Source: an uncultured Methanomicrobiales archaeon | GTDB lineage: Archaea; Halobacteriota; Methanomicrobia; Methanomicrobiales; Methanospirillaceae | DNA length: 64,000 bases | Direction of reading: 5' to 3' | NCBI GenBank assembly: GCA_963758915.1 | Contig: CAVWXH010000016.1 | Coordinates: 32,001 to 96,000, forward strand | Shown: in pieces, positions 44,940-55,023 of the stretch | Numbering within the stretch: position 1 is the stretch's first letter | Layout: each line of letters begins with the position of its first letter | Program-made: the position numbers and the translations under genes | Notes under the pieces: model-generated | What the model saw: the letters and a program-made list of their open reading frames with translations, nothing else | What the model was told of the DNA's origin: nothing | The model's database searches: none

Positions 44940-45634
44940 TTTCTGTCATTATCCCCTCCTATAACGAGGAGGCAAATATAGCCCGGTGTCTGGAATCCTT
45001 GCAAAAACAGACGATTCCAAGGGAAGAATACGAGATTATTGTCGTCGATGGCAATTCGAAAGACCAGACACGGGAAATTGCAGAAAAATATGCAGACCTC
45101 GTTTTTATCCAGACAAGTAACAAGGTGGGTGGAGCAAGGAATGACGGGGTGCTAAAGTCCAGGGGGGAGATAATTGTTACCACCGATGCCGATTGTGTAC
45201 TGCCTGAAGACTGGCTGGAAAACATCACATCAGAGTTTTCAAAACAGCCGATAGTCCAGCTCTTCGGGCCCGTCGATCCGATTGAAGGGGGCATTAAGAA
45301 CCGGATCTCGCTCTTCTTCGCAAATATGTTTGCGAGAGCCGGCTATTATACGGGTACCCTGTATTACACGCTCGGGTGTAATACTGCATTTGAGCGGGGC
45401 GCATTCATACAAGCTGGGATGTACCGGACGGTTGATGCCGGCGACGATCTTGAGATTGCCAGGCGCATGAGAAAACTCGGGAAAGTAAAGTTTTCCAACC
45501 GGGTCAGGGTGGGGTTCTCCATGCGCCGGTACCAGCAGTATGGGACGCTTAAATCCCTTTATGAATGGCTCTATATTGTTGCACACGGTGGATCATCCGA
45601 TAAGCACAGCTATACGAAAAGGGAATACAAGTAA
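44936..45634 (+). CDS. Glycosyltransferase family 2
   Basis: ISVIIPSYNEE, VVDGNSKD, ARN.G, TDAD, GDD. Confidence 0.93.
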   Translation: MISVIIPSYNEEANIARCLESLQKQTIPREEYEIIVVDGNSKDQTREIAEKYADLVFIQTSNKVGGARNDGVLKSRGEIIVTTDADCVLPEDWLENITSEFSKQPIVQLFGPVDPIEGGIKNRISLFFANMFARAGYYTGTLYYTLGCNTAFERGAFIQAGMYRTVDAGDDLEIARRMRKLGKVKFSNRVRVGFSMRRYQQYGTLKSLYEWLYIVAHGGSSDKHSYTKREYK

Positions 45635-45667
45635 GGTGTTCCCGACCTATTATCCCGTGACTGGCAG

Positions 45668-46066
45668 ATGAAATCACCCGGCGTACAAATAAACCAGGAA
45701 ATTATTGAGGCCTTTAATTCATGCGAATTTGCACAGCTCCTTGGAATGACCGTTGCGGAAGTTTGGGGAAACGGTGTCAGGGTCACGATGACTGCCGAAG
45801 GGAAAGCGGGTCCCAACAGGGTTGCACATGGGGGTGCGGTTTTCGCGCTGGCAGACCATGCCTTTGGTATAGCGGCAAACATGGGTGGAGAACGACAGGT
45901 CGCGCTATCGGCAACCATACAGTATATCAGTCCGGCGAGTGGTCATCTTGAAGCGATCGCAGAACGTGTTTCAGGAAATGATTTGTGCTCGCTCTACCGG
46001 GTTACGGTAACCGCAGGTGACCGCCTGGTCGCCATCTTTTTTGGTACCGGAATAAAAGTTACCTGA
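45668..46066 (+). CDS. PaaI family thioesterase
   Basis: AHGGAVFALAD hotdog-fold motif. Confidence 0.9.
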   Translation: MKSPGVQINQEIIEAFNSCEFAQLLGMTVAEVWGNGVRVTMTAEGKAGPNRVAHGGAVFALADHAFGIAANMGGERQVALSATIQYISPASGHLEAIAERVSGNDLCSLYRVTVTAGDRLVAIFFGTGIKVT

Positions 46067-46085
46067 TAAACCGTACAATTCTCCG

Positions 46086-46465
46086 GGTTCTGTTGAAACA
46101 CACATGAACGGGAAGTTCACATCCGGACGATTGAAAATGCCTCGCTCAAAATGTATCTTTGTCGGGGTCCGTTTTGTCAGGTAATATGAAAATCCCCACT
46201 GGAAATTTCATGTTGTATGCTTGTGGCCTTCTGGCATCATGTCTGTTTAAATAGTTCAACCCTGGAGATTTAAAAAAAGAGGAGATACGTGGACAGGAGG
46301 GACTTTCACCCCCTCCGCGTCCCATCCCCGACAATCTACCCGATGGACAGGGTTCAACTGTAGTATTCCTGAACATTTCAATGATTTATACATCATTCTC
46401 AATCCTGACCGGGGTCGCCAGAGTTGCTGGGCGGAGCCCCGGGAGCGGGGGTAAATTTCAGGACA
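46086..46465. mobile_element. Repeat locus: TIR-module A-module C-reversed core (right end eroded)
   Basis: GGTTCTGTTGAAACACACATGAACGGGAAGTTCAC; module C 46182-46250; CCGGGGTCGCCA...GGCGGAGCCCCGGGAGCG. Confidence 0.8.
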
Positions 46466-46622
46466 CTCCACATGCTGTCACGATCACAGAACCTGTTTGC
46501 CTGTGACCTGGACCGCCATCATTGCGGGCCTGGGGAGTCCACCCTGTTGTTTATACCACCAGTCAGTGAAAGACCGGGAAAATTGAATAATCATGAGTAT
46601 AATTTACTATAAGACCCGATAC

Positions 46623-46922
46623 ATGACAATTATACTCACATGCAGGCGTTGTAAAGGTACTGGCAAGGTCGTGAATGACCATTTTGAGATCTGTAAAGCG
46701 CTCAAATCAGATGCGGCCAGGCGCCATTTTCATGTTCATGCAAAGACCGAAATGCTGGAATCGGATGCGGATGAAGCACTAATCGCGGCCGAGTGCGGTG
46801 AAAGCCCCACTATTATTTGCCCAAAGTGTAATGGTGAAGGAAGTCTCGAATTCGATGAAGATGGGTGGGAAATATCCGTGGTCCCCAGGGGAGATGATGA
46901 GATGGAAGGTGATGGGTCATAA
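46623..46922 (+). CDS. Small DnaJ-type zinc-finger protein with acidic tail
   Basis: CRRCKGTG and CPKCNGEG motifs; start may be 46593. Confidence 0.75.
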   Translation: MTIILTCRRCKGTGKVVNDHFEICKALKSDAARRHFHVHAKTEMLESDADEALIAAECGESPTIICPKCNGEGSLEFDEDGWEISVVPRGDDEMEGDGS

Positions 46923-47012
46923 AAAGGAAAGGATGTCAATCGTTTCAACCAAACCTGGCATATCCAGGAAAGCAGCTGACCCTTTTGTTTTCACCGGTTT
47001 TGTAGGAATTAA

Positions 47013-47186
47013 CGCTCTGTTGAAACATACATGAACGGGAAGTTCACACCCGGATCATGAAAATGCATCGTTCAGTATCTCCTTGTATCGGATGCAGATC
47101 AGGCATCTGCATGGGGGATCCTGCATATTTAAAAAATGGGATATACGTAGACAGGTGGGAATTTCACCCCCTCCCTGCACCACCCC
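47013..47186. mobile_element. Left part of repeat element: TIR-module A-first part of reversed core
   Basis: CGCTCTGTTGAAACATACATGAACGGGAAGTTCACACCCGG ... TTTCACCCCCTCCCTGCACCACCCC. Confidence 0.8.
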
Positions 47187-47204
47187 ATGTTCCCGGAGCA
47201 GGAG

Positions 47205-47925
47205 TCAACCGGGTTTTACCAGGTGGTTCTCTTCCAGTTCTCCTGCATGATATACCATTACGGTGACTGCTTCCCCCTTTGAAAACCGCCTCATCCGGTC
47301 GTCATATACTTTCTGTACATGCCGAAGATTGTGCCTGGTAAAATATTTCTCCATAAACTCCAGGAACGCTATTTCATGGGTGAGAATAGCATTTTCAAAC
47401 TCTTTTATCTGACGGGCAAGGCTGAGGCATTCCTCAATGGGAATTTCATGGTGGTAATCCCCGTGTTCATTGAGTCCTGACAGTCTGTCTCCATTCGATT
47501 TTTCCCATTTCATCGGGTTCGCGGTGGAGCATGTACGGGTATATCCGGCAGATGGAGAACCGCTGGTCATAGATCCGGCACCGGCCGTTTTCCAGGAACC
47601 AGCAGGGTCCGGGGGCATCACCTTTTGTACGCAATGCATAGCCAGATACATAAAAAATCCCGTTCTGGTCGCAGAACTCAGGGTAAGGGGCAGGTTCCAG
47701 TGCACCAGGATCAATTGTTTTAACCACGGTAACGTCGTGATCGAGTAAAAAAACGTGCCCATTGAATTCGTGGGTGCAGCAACGTGCGCAGTTGGTACAC
47801 CGGAACCCGATCTCTCTAATGATACCGGCAAGGCGGTCCGGCGGGTACTCAAAGAGGCTGTTTCTTTCCTGCGTTAATGCAATTATCTGAAAAGGGATCG
47901 GGACAAGAGAAACGACGATCACCAC
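47205..47925 (-). CDS. YkgJ family cysteine-cluster protein (frameshift near 47485; start uncertain)
   Basis: FRCTNCARCC, CWFL..GRCRIYDQRFSICRIYPY; continues SGLNEHG.. in the other frame. Confidence 0.82.
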
Positions 47926-48009
47926 GATACAGTTATGGTGAAGTATGGGGCTCTCCGTTATGTTATTTTTTTGGAATGGGGACCCGGGGTAGCATGGGCT
48001 CCTGGAAAA

Positions 48010-48114
48010 ATTCCCTCTGCTGACCCGGGGCAGAGGGGCACCCCGGGAGCATGGAACAAATTTCAGGATATCTTTACCTGTGTATACGTTATTTTTGAGG
48101 ATGTCTGCATCGCC
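48010..48114. mobile_element. Degenerate right part of reversed core with eroded TIR
   Basis: ATTCCCT..CCGGGG..CCCCGGGAGCATG..AAATTT..GAGGATGTCTGCATCGCC aligns by eye to the consensus ..CCCCGGGAGCGTG..AAATTT..GAGGATTTCTACAGAGCC. Confidence 0.55.
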
Positions 48115-48166
48115 CTAACAACACAAGCTTTTTTTTAGCGGGGTTTTCCATCCGGTTCCGGAAGGT

Positions 48167-48607
48167 CTACTCCCGTCCCCCGATGAGCACCGCAATATAT
48201 TCCCTCAGAGCCGGATCCTCGTCTTCATTATTCACGTGGTCCATCAGGCACTCGATTGCGCGGTAACTATGAATTACTGCCAGTGCCATCGCGGCTTTTT
48301 GACGTGCTTCGGGCACCTCATTTTCATTCTCCAGGTGTTCAATGAGCGTGGGGACTGATCTCCCGCTTCTCAACATGGATAGGGCGTTAATGGCTTGAAT
48401 CCTGATTTCCTGGTCCTGATCATCACAACAGATCAGAAGGGCTGATACAGCCCTCGGGTCTCCCCGTTCCCCTAATGATTTCAAAGCCCTGATCCTCTCT
48501 TCCCTTTCGTTTCCACTCTGGACGTCTTCAATAATACGGTAGATATGTGCTGATCCTGCGAACCGGCTGAACCATTCATTGTTACCTTCATTTAATTTTG
48601 CAGACAT
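48167..48607 (-). CDS. HEAT/PBS-lyase repeat protein
   Basis: RIRALKSLGERGDPRAV..L, IRIQAINALS, ARQKAAMAL repeats. Confidence 0.85.
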   Translation of the reverse strand: MSAKLNEGNNEWFSRFAGSAHIYRIIEDVQSGNEREERIRALKSLGERGDPRAVSALLICCDDQDQEIRIQAINALSMLRSGRSVPTLIEHLENENEVPEARQKAAMALAVIHSYRAIECLMDHVNNEDEDPALREYIAVLIGGRE

Positions 48608-49342
48608 GTTGTATTCCTCGTGACTGGGACTGGATATGACGATAAATATTGACCGTAATGCACGAAATTTTTGAGATTCTGCCCGGTTTGGGCGAGAATT
48701 CGGGTTGCTAATATATCTTGTTAATGTACAGAAAACAGCAGCCGCTTACCAAGTACTTCCCGTACCGGACGAGTGTTGATTGACCTGGTAAGATGCAAAT
48801 AGTACATCTGGTACTGGGTTGTTGCAGCAATTATAAATAATTAATTCCCGGGAAAACAGGAAAACTCCGTTCCCATTCGGAAAATAATTCTATCACCCTG
48901 TGGAAATTGTATCCCTGAGCCACAGATCCCTTTATCGCGGCTGTCAAGCTCCGATTAAGTCCTCCAGAAGGTGTGGTATGCATTGATATTCTCCATCCCA
49001 AATCCAATTATCCTCCGAACCAATAAGGAAGTGAAATTAAACCCTTCCATATAGCAATTATCTTCCTGGTCCTGATGCTCTGCACCGGGGAGTGATGGTA
49101 GTATCGACCTATTCATCTGTATTGCACAAAGTCGGCGAATGATATACCCGTTCTGACCATCCATGGGTCAGAAAAAATCCATCACCCCGTTTCAGATGTG
49201 AGATATAATTCAGTAACCGGGTACAGGATGCCTGATCCCTGTTGCACCCTGGTAACACCAGTTTTTCATTTTCCTGCCATCCCCTCCTAAAATAAGCAGA
49301 TACCCTGAAGAGATAACCAGCCTAATAGGTTACAGAGTGTAA

Positions 49343-50113
49343 ATGGTGTTCGATCTTAAAACTTTTTTTTCTGATGAGGGAATAGACGTATTCACCGAGG
49401 TTAGCATTGCGAACCTCCCGGATGCCGACAGAAAATCCGTAGTACAGATGTTACCGTCAGCCCGATCAGTTATCGTGTTTGGACGGGAGGTCCCCGTTCA
49501 GGCTTACCGGATGACACCACGGGAACAGACCCGGGTGATGCTCCGGATAGCCGGTGAGCTGGATAATTCTGCCAAACTGCTCGCCCGGCTATTGAATATG
49601 GATGGAATTCCAGCCTTGCCCGTTCCGCTCTACCTGCCTGTCAGGATCCAGGATGGGCGGGTACATGGAGTCATACGGTTGAAGAAGGTTGCAGAAGTCG
49701 GTGGGCTGGGATCGATAGGAATGAGCTCCATACTTCTCTCTCCCCGGTATGGCCCACGATTGTTGTTACTCGGTGTTGTAACAAACCGGCCTGTTTCTGA
49801 AGATGAACCTGGCAGTGAAATACCGGTCAGTACAGGAACTCCAGGAAAAGGCCTCTGTACCGGGTGCAAACGTTGCGTTACCGTCTGCCAGGGTGGAGCG
49901 ATTGGACCGGATGGTGTCGATGCATTCCGGTGCCGGACTGTTCGGGCATGGGTACCTCCAACCCTAGTCCCGGTTGTAAAATGGATGCTGGGACGGCAGA
50001 TAGTACTTAAATGTGCAGCCCCGCTTGCCCCGTGGATTGCCCGGATGGCATCGATCCGTTGCAGCCTCTGTGTGACGGAGTGCCCACTATTTGAGGGTAC
50101 CGAAGGAACATGA
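49343..50113 (+). CDS. QueG/epoxyqueuosine reductase-like 4Fe-4S protein
   Basis: LPSARSVIVFG, GLGSIG..LLSPRYGPR, CTGCKRCVTVC, CSLCVTECP. Confidence 0.8.
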   Translation: MVFDLKTFFSDEGIDVFTEVSIANLPDADRKSVVQMLPSARSVIVFGREVPVQAYRMTPREQTRVMLRIAGELDNSAKLLARLLNMDGIPALPVPLYLPVRIQDGRVHGVIRLKKVAEVGGLGSIGMSSILLSPRYGPRLLLLGVVTNRPVSEDEPGSEIPVSTGTPGKGLCTGCKRCVTVCQGGAIGPDGVDAFRCRTVRAWVPPTLVPVVKWMLGRQIVLKCAAPLAPWIARMASIRCSLCVTECPLFEGTEGT

Positions 50114-50120
50114 TTAAAAG

Positions 50121-50205
50121 CGCCGAGGGGGAGATTTGAACTCCCGAGGCGCAGGGCGCCAGTAGCTTTCGAGGCTACCGCCTTCCCGGACTAGACTACC
50201 TCGGC
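50121..50205 (-). tRNA. tRNA-Ser (anticodon CGA)
   Basis: GCCGAGG acceptor pairs with CCTCGGC; anticodon arm GTAGC-CTCGAAA-GCTAC; long variable arm; GTTCAAATC T-loop; no encoded CCA. Confidence 0.96.
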
Positions 50206-50348
50206 AAAAACGGATGTGATATTTTTTACCGGATTTCGTATAAGGGTATCGGAATGTGAAGAATGCTGAAAGATAATTCCCCGGGAAAAAACCCGGGATG
50301 TTGATAAATTATTAAAAGAGGGGGTTAACCTCTGACTATTCCGGACTA

Positions 50349-51938
50349 TTACATTCCGCCGCCGGGTGCCCGGTTCTGGGTAATCATCATGTCATCCACC
50401 CGTATGAGCATGATTGCAGACTCTGCCGAACTCTGGATTGACTGGCGCTTCGACCGGGATGGTTCGATGACTCCCTCTTTTAACATGTCGATTATTTCGC
50501 CGTTATAAACATTGAGGCCTGCATTTTTCTGCCCCTTTGCATGGGCATTTTTCAGGTTGACAAGTTTGTCAATCATGTTATAGCCTGAATTTTCTGCGAG
50601 GGTGAGTGGGATCACTTCAAAGGAAGCTGCATATGCCTCAATTGCGAGCTGCACACGTCCCCCGACGGTTGATGCATAATCACGGATCCTCAGGACGAGT
50701 TCTGTCTCGACAGCCCCTCCCCCTACGACGAAGCTCCCATCCTCCATGGTGTCCATTACAACGCGGGTACCATCAACGACAGCACGCTCGAGTTCATCGA
50801 GAAGGTAATCTGAGGTCCCCCGGAGAAGAATGGTGGTTGTCTTCGGGTTCTTGCATCCTTCGATCCTGATGATATCAATATCGTCAGATTCTTCAACAAG
50901 TTCTGCAGTGCCGAGCACACCCGGGACAAGGTCTTCTGCCTTGTTGACGACCGAGGCACCAAGTGCCCTGGCTGCATTTTTCATGTCATTTTCAGCTACA
51001 TCTTCGACTGCGAAGATGCCTGCCTTTGCAAGGTAGAACTGGATCGGGTCTGCGATACCTTTCTGGCACAGGAGGACATTTGCCCCGCTCGAGATAACAG
51101 CGTCAGAAAGTTTCTTCAGTGTTTCGCGTTCCTGGAGACCGAATGCATCCATTTGCTCGCTGGAAGTGATCTTGATCTTCGCCTTGACCTGTGTTTTTTT
51201 GATCTCGAAAGGACTGGCGACAAGGGCAACCTTTGCCTTCTTAATCCGCTTTGGCATTGCCTCGTTGACACGCTTCTTATCGATAACGATGCCCTTGATC
51301 AGCTCGGCATCGTCCATGGAGGCACCTTTCTGCTTCTTGATCATGACATTATCTTCATCTGCCAGTACTTTACCGCCACTTTTCTCTGCGATTGCCATGA
51401 CTGCATCAACGACAATTCCGTCAAGTTTCCCCTTTACCGACTCGATGGATTTCCCTGTCATCGCAGTGTCAGCGATCTTCAAGAGGGTCTTCCGGTCATA
51501 GGAGTCGACCTTGATTGAGAGGTCTTTTAAGATCTCAAGGGCTTTTTCCATCCCTAACCTGTACCCCTGGGCAATGACCGTCGGGTGGATCTTCTTGGCA
51601 AACATCTGCTCTGCCTGCTCCATAAGTGCACCGACAAGTACCACGGCGGTTGTCGTCCCGTCGCCTACCTCATCGTCCTGGGCTTTTGCTACCTCGATTA
51701 CCATCTTGGCGCCGGGGTGCTGCACTGAGATCTCCTGCAGGATAGTGGCACCATCGTTTGTGATCACCACATCGCCTGTTGAACTGACCAGCATTTTGTC
51801 CATTCCACGTGGGCCGAGAGTTGTCCTTACGGCACCTGCAATGGCCTTTGCTGCAACGATATTGGAGCGCTGGGCCTCGTGGCCACGGTTTCGCTCTACA
51901 TCTTGTCTAAGAATTATAATCTGTTGTCCGGCTAGCAT
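50349..51938 (-). CDS. Thermosome (group II chaperonin) subunit
   Basis: [30 protein letters not shown]. Confidence 0.97.
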   Translation of the reverse strand: MLAGQQIIILRQDVERNRGHEAQRSNIVAAKAIAGAVRTTLGPRGMDKMLVSSTGDVVITNDGATILQEISVQHPGAKMVIEVAKAQDDEVGDGTTTAVVLVGALMEQAEQMFAKKIHPTVIAQGYRLGMEKALEILKDLSIKVDSYDRKTLLKIADTAMTGKSIESVKGKLDGIVVDAVMAIAEKSGGKVLADEDNVMIKKQKGASMDDAELIKGIVIDKKRVNEAMPKRIKKAKVALVASPFEIKKTQVKAKIKITSSEQMDAFGLQERETLKKLSDAVISSGANVLLCQKGIADPIQFYLAKAGIFAVEDVAENDMKNAARALGASVVNKAEDLVPGVLGTAELVEESDDIDIIRIEGCKNPKTTTILLRGTSDYLLDELERAVVDGTRVVMDTMEDGSFVVGGGAVETELVLRIRDYASTVGGRVQLAIEAYAASFEVIPLTLAENSGYNMIDKLVNLKNAHAKGQKNAGLNVYNGEIIDMLKEGVIEPSRSKRQSIQSSAESAIMLIRVDDMMITQNRAPGGGM

Positions 51939-52020
51939 AGTGAATCCTTCAATGTGGTAAAAAGATGGAATTGAACTTCTATATAAGTGATTCTATATAG
52001 GAATTCGATATGTTCACCTG

Positions 52021-52641
52021 TCAGTCGATACGCGAGATTTTGAAGAGACTATACACCGGGACTCCGTCGATATCACTGATACCGCGCTTGTCAAATATTA
52101 CGAGGATTGCGGTCGGGGTTGCCCCATGTTTTCTTAAGTATTTTACCATCTCCCTCATGGTATTCCCTGACGTGATCACATCATCGACGATAATACATGA
52201 TTCTCCTTTTACCGTAGCAAAATTCCCGCTGATGGAACCGACCGGTTTTTCGCTCGAGCTCTGTTTTACCGGGTGATAAATCGCAAGTTTTGCTTCCAGT
52301 GATGCGGCCATAAGTGTGGCCAGGGGAATTCCTGACAGTGCTATCCCCACGATTACTGCAGGCTGGTCCTCTGCTCCACATGAGCAGGTGGATGAAATAC
52401 CATGGGCACACTGAAGCCTTGTAAGCATCATCCCGGCCATCGCGGTAAGCAGTGATGCTTCCCTGCTGACACTGGTCCAGTCAATGTGCACATCTTTTGG
52501 TATGTCTGTACCTTTCGCCTGCGTCAGAAGCCAGGTCACCGTCTCCATTGAGAGTGAAAGTTCATCAGCTATCTGGCCCGGACTATGGCCTTCAGAGAGG
52601 AGTTCTTTTGCCTTTCTGATCAGCTCTTCGAGGGATGACAT
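52021..52641 (-). CDS. gfcR: HTH plus PRTase-fold transcriptional regulator (orotate PRTase-like)
   Basis: [36 protein letters not shown]. Confidence 0.82.
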   Translation of the reverse strand: MSSLEELIRKAKELLSEGHSPGQIADELSLSMETVTWLLTQAKGTDIPKDVHIDWTSVSREASLLTAMAGMMLTRLQCAHGISSTCSCGAEDQPAVIVGIALSGIPLATLMAASLEAKLAIYHPVKQSSSEKPVGSISGNFATVKGESCIIVDDVITSGNTMREMVKYLRKHGATPTAILVIFDKRGISDIDGVPVYSLFKISRID

Positions 52642-52661
52642 GAACAGAGGTAAACAGCCAT

Positions 52662-53117
52662 CTATTTAAGTTTTCTTTTGATGAGTGAGCCACAGACCGG
52701 ACATTCCCCGGTCTTTGGATAATAACGCCCGCATCCAGAGCAGCGGAATTTCCAGACCCTCGCTCGCGCAGACCGCTGGTGAATAGGCAGGGTCGTAATC
52801 CCCAGCTTTCGTGCGACATTCTGTACCGCAAAATCATCAGTGATAATCGTGCCATTCAGTTCGAGCGCAAGGGATATCAGGTCAAAATCTGTTTGTGAAA
52901 GGACTGATACATCACCTGTCCGGCTTGCAGCCTCTTCTACACGCCGCAGGTATTCCGGGGCCGGTTGCCTCACAACCAGACCTGATGCGAGGAATACCTC
53001 GTAACGGCATTTTGAACGCAGGTCAATGAGCTCTGCCACAACTGAATGAGTTGTATATGCAGGCAGTTCAACGGGGAAATCAGAAAAAAACACCGAAGAG
53101 TCAAGGATTGGTATCAT
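52662..53117 (-). CDS. nob1: Nob1-family PIN endonuclease with zinc ribbon
   Basis: Likely ATG 53117 overlapping the rtcA stop (ATGA); [27 protein letters not shown]. Confidence 0.88.
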   Translation of the reverse strand: MIPILDSSVFFSDFPVELPAYTTHSVVAELIDLRSKCRYEVFLASGLVVRQPAPEYLRRVEEAASRTGDVSVLSQTDFDLISLALELNGTIITDDFAVQNVARKLGITTLPIHQRSARARVWKFRCSGCGRYYPKTGECPVCGSLIKRKLK

Positions 53118-54097
53118 GTGAAGAAAACAGCCCCCTTCTGTCGTTCCATTGTTACCTGGTAACCGAACCGCGCAAGGACCGAGCACACGGAACGAGCGTG
53201 GCTGGAACAATCTGTGGCAGTATAGGACCCCCCGTACTGGGCGAGATAGACGAGGAGCTGATCGGCAAGGTGTATATCGATCACTCCCGGGCTTTTCAGT
53301 TCATTCAGCAGTCGCCCGGCTGCAACCTTCCCGACTTTTTCTGCAGGCAACCCTCTCCTGCCTATTGCCGAGGACCCTTTCCAGCCGCAAATCACGGTGA
53401 CCGAACTCCCCGTACCCGGTCCGGGCCTGATATCATGATGGATCTGCACAGCATCCACGGCATCTCCAAGGTATATCCTTGCGGACTCTGCCTGCCTTTC
53501 TGCAACATGGGGTGGAAGGTGTGACGAACATGAGAAAAGTCCGGGTCCCGGTAGTTCCGTTATCGCTGGGTCAATCGGCTCAAGTTCCATAGGTTTTTGG
53601 ACTTCTAACCTTACCCGCCCCCCTCCTTCCGGATAATAACCCCGGTTAATGAGTGTCATTTTCAAATCAGCACCGTGCTGTTCGAGGAAATTTAACTGAA
53701 GGTGCTGGACATAGTCTATTGTCGGGCTGTTTTCTACCTCCGTCCCCCCCGAAATCGTCACGCTTCCCCCTACCCGGAGTGCAACAGGCAGCCATGCCTG
53801 GATCACGAGAGGAATACTCCCTGCAGTTCCAATGTCGATATGGATATCCTCCCGGACGGGATCCCCGGGAATAAATACTACCCGGCTGCTCCCGGGATAA
53901 AGGCCCTCGCAGCGGGCATGGCATATTGTTGCTACAGACTGTATAGCAGCAATATGCTGGGCTCTCAGGCCAGGTCTCTCTCTGCCAGCCCGTATCGTAT
54001 GAATCGTGACAGGGGTCCCGGTGATTGCCGATAGTGTAACGGCAGTACGGACGATCTGACCTCCACCTTCAAGGACTGACCCGTCAATGATTAACAT
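53114..54097 (-). CDS. rtcA: RNA 3'-terminal phosphate cyclase
   Basis: IDGS..EGGGQIVR, PGL.AQH, GTAGS, RGYYPEGGG, HLADQL. Confidence 0.94.
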   Translation of the reverse strand: MLIIDGSVLEGGGQIVRTAVTLSAITGTPVTIHTIRAGRERPGLRAQHIAAIQSVATICHARCEGLYPGSSRVVFIPGDPVREDIHIDIGTAGSIPLVIQAWLPVALRVGGSVTISGGTEVENSPTIDYVQHLQLNFLEQHGADLKMTLINRGYYPEGGGRVRLEVQKPMELEPIDPAITELPGPGLFSCSSHLPPHVAERQAESARIYLGDAVDAVQIHHDIRPGPGTGSSVTVICGWKGSSAIGRRGLPAEKVGKVAAGRLLNELKSPGVIDIHLADQLLVYLAQYGGSYTATDCSSHARSVCSVLARFGYQVTMERQKGAVFFT

Positions 54098-54937
54098 TCC
54101 GATAGTGCCTTCGAAATAATTCCTGCGGCTGATACCTCACTGCATGCTCTCTCGATCGTATCGCTGCAGATTACCGATTTTATACCCGCTGCCGCCAGGT
54201 GGGTATAAGCGCCACCGGTAAAGACCCCGTGGACGCAGGCCGCATGAACACTGTTTGCCCCCTGTTCATATAACATCCCTGCAGCGGCAGCAATAGTCCC
54301 GCCCGTGGAGATAATATCATCTACGATTACCACATCCCTTCCGGCAGTCCGGAGGTTCTTCGGGTCCATCCGAACCACCTCTCCGGATATCCGGGTTTTC
54401 TCAAGATGGTCAAATTCCCAGTTCCCTGATTGTGCGATTTGTTCAGCGAAATAACGAGCCCCGTCATCGGGTGCAAGGATTATGGGATTTGAAAAGTCTG
54501 ATTTGAGGTATATACCGATATCGTTCCCCAGTGAGACATTGACGGTTGGGAGCCCGAAATGCCTGAGTACATCTTCATCATGGACATTCACCGTGTAGAT
54601 GCAGCTGACACAATTCAGCTACTGCCCTGGCTATTGCTCGGGCACTTAACGGCTCACCGGGATGGAATTGTTTGTCCTGCCTGGCATACCCCATGTAAGG
54701 AATTACGAGCCGGCTCTCCGATTCGCTGCAAGCATCGATGAGAAGCAGAAGCTGGACAAGTGCATCGCTCCCGGTTACCGACCCCACGATGACCAGTTCA
54801 TCATCAAGGGCTCCCGTTTTCAGATATAATTCACCGTCTGGAAATTTCGAGAACTTTACGTCCACAAGGCCCACACCAAGCCGTTGTGAGATTCTTGCAC
54901 CAAGAATCTGCGAATACTCCGTACTGATAACCTTCAT
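54091..54937 (-). CDS. prs: Ribose-phosphate pyrophosphokinase (frameshift near 54612)
   Basis: FPDGE, PYMGYARQD in the first ORF; APDDGA, VDDIISTGGT, ACVHG in the second. Confidence 0.93.
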
Positions 54938-55023
54938 CCCATGCTACCTCATGCTGAAAGTACTTAAACTAGCATGAAATAATTATACCAGTACTTACGC
55001 GTGAGAAAGAGGTAAATCTGACG

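Noticed and set aside
1805-47186. Repeats as a CRISPR array or integron attC array
   Set aside because: Dispersed, 170-540 bp, no regular spacers, no cas or integrase gene, and neighbours are core genes.
48620-49340. ~700-bp gap with a 69-aa minus-strand ORF
   Set aside because: No recognisable motif, RBS or structure; treated as a divergent promoter region.
46500-50205. Genomic island at the tRNA-Ser 3' end
   Set aside because: Genes look accessory, but I found no integrase and no duplicated tRNA 3' fragment.
5522-54937. Frameshifts in uvrC (2), uvrB, PKD gene (many, dense at 14270-15180), second ybhB, GT4, ykgJ and prs as pseudogenes or programmed frameshifting
   Set aside because: Single-base indels in otherwise intact genes, including normally essential prs, with no shared slippery motif; most likely consensus errors. 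Read pileups would decide.
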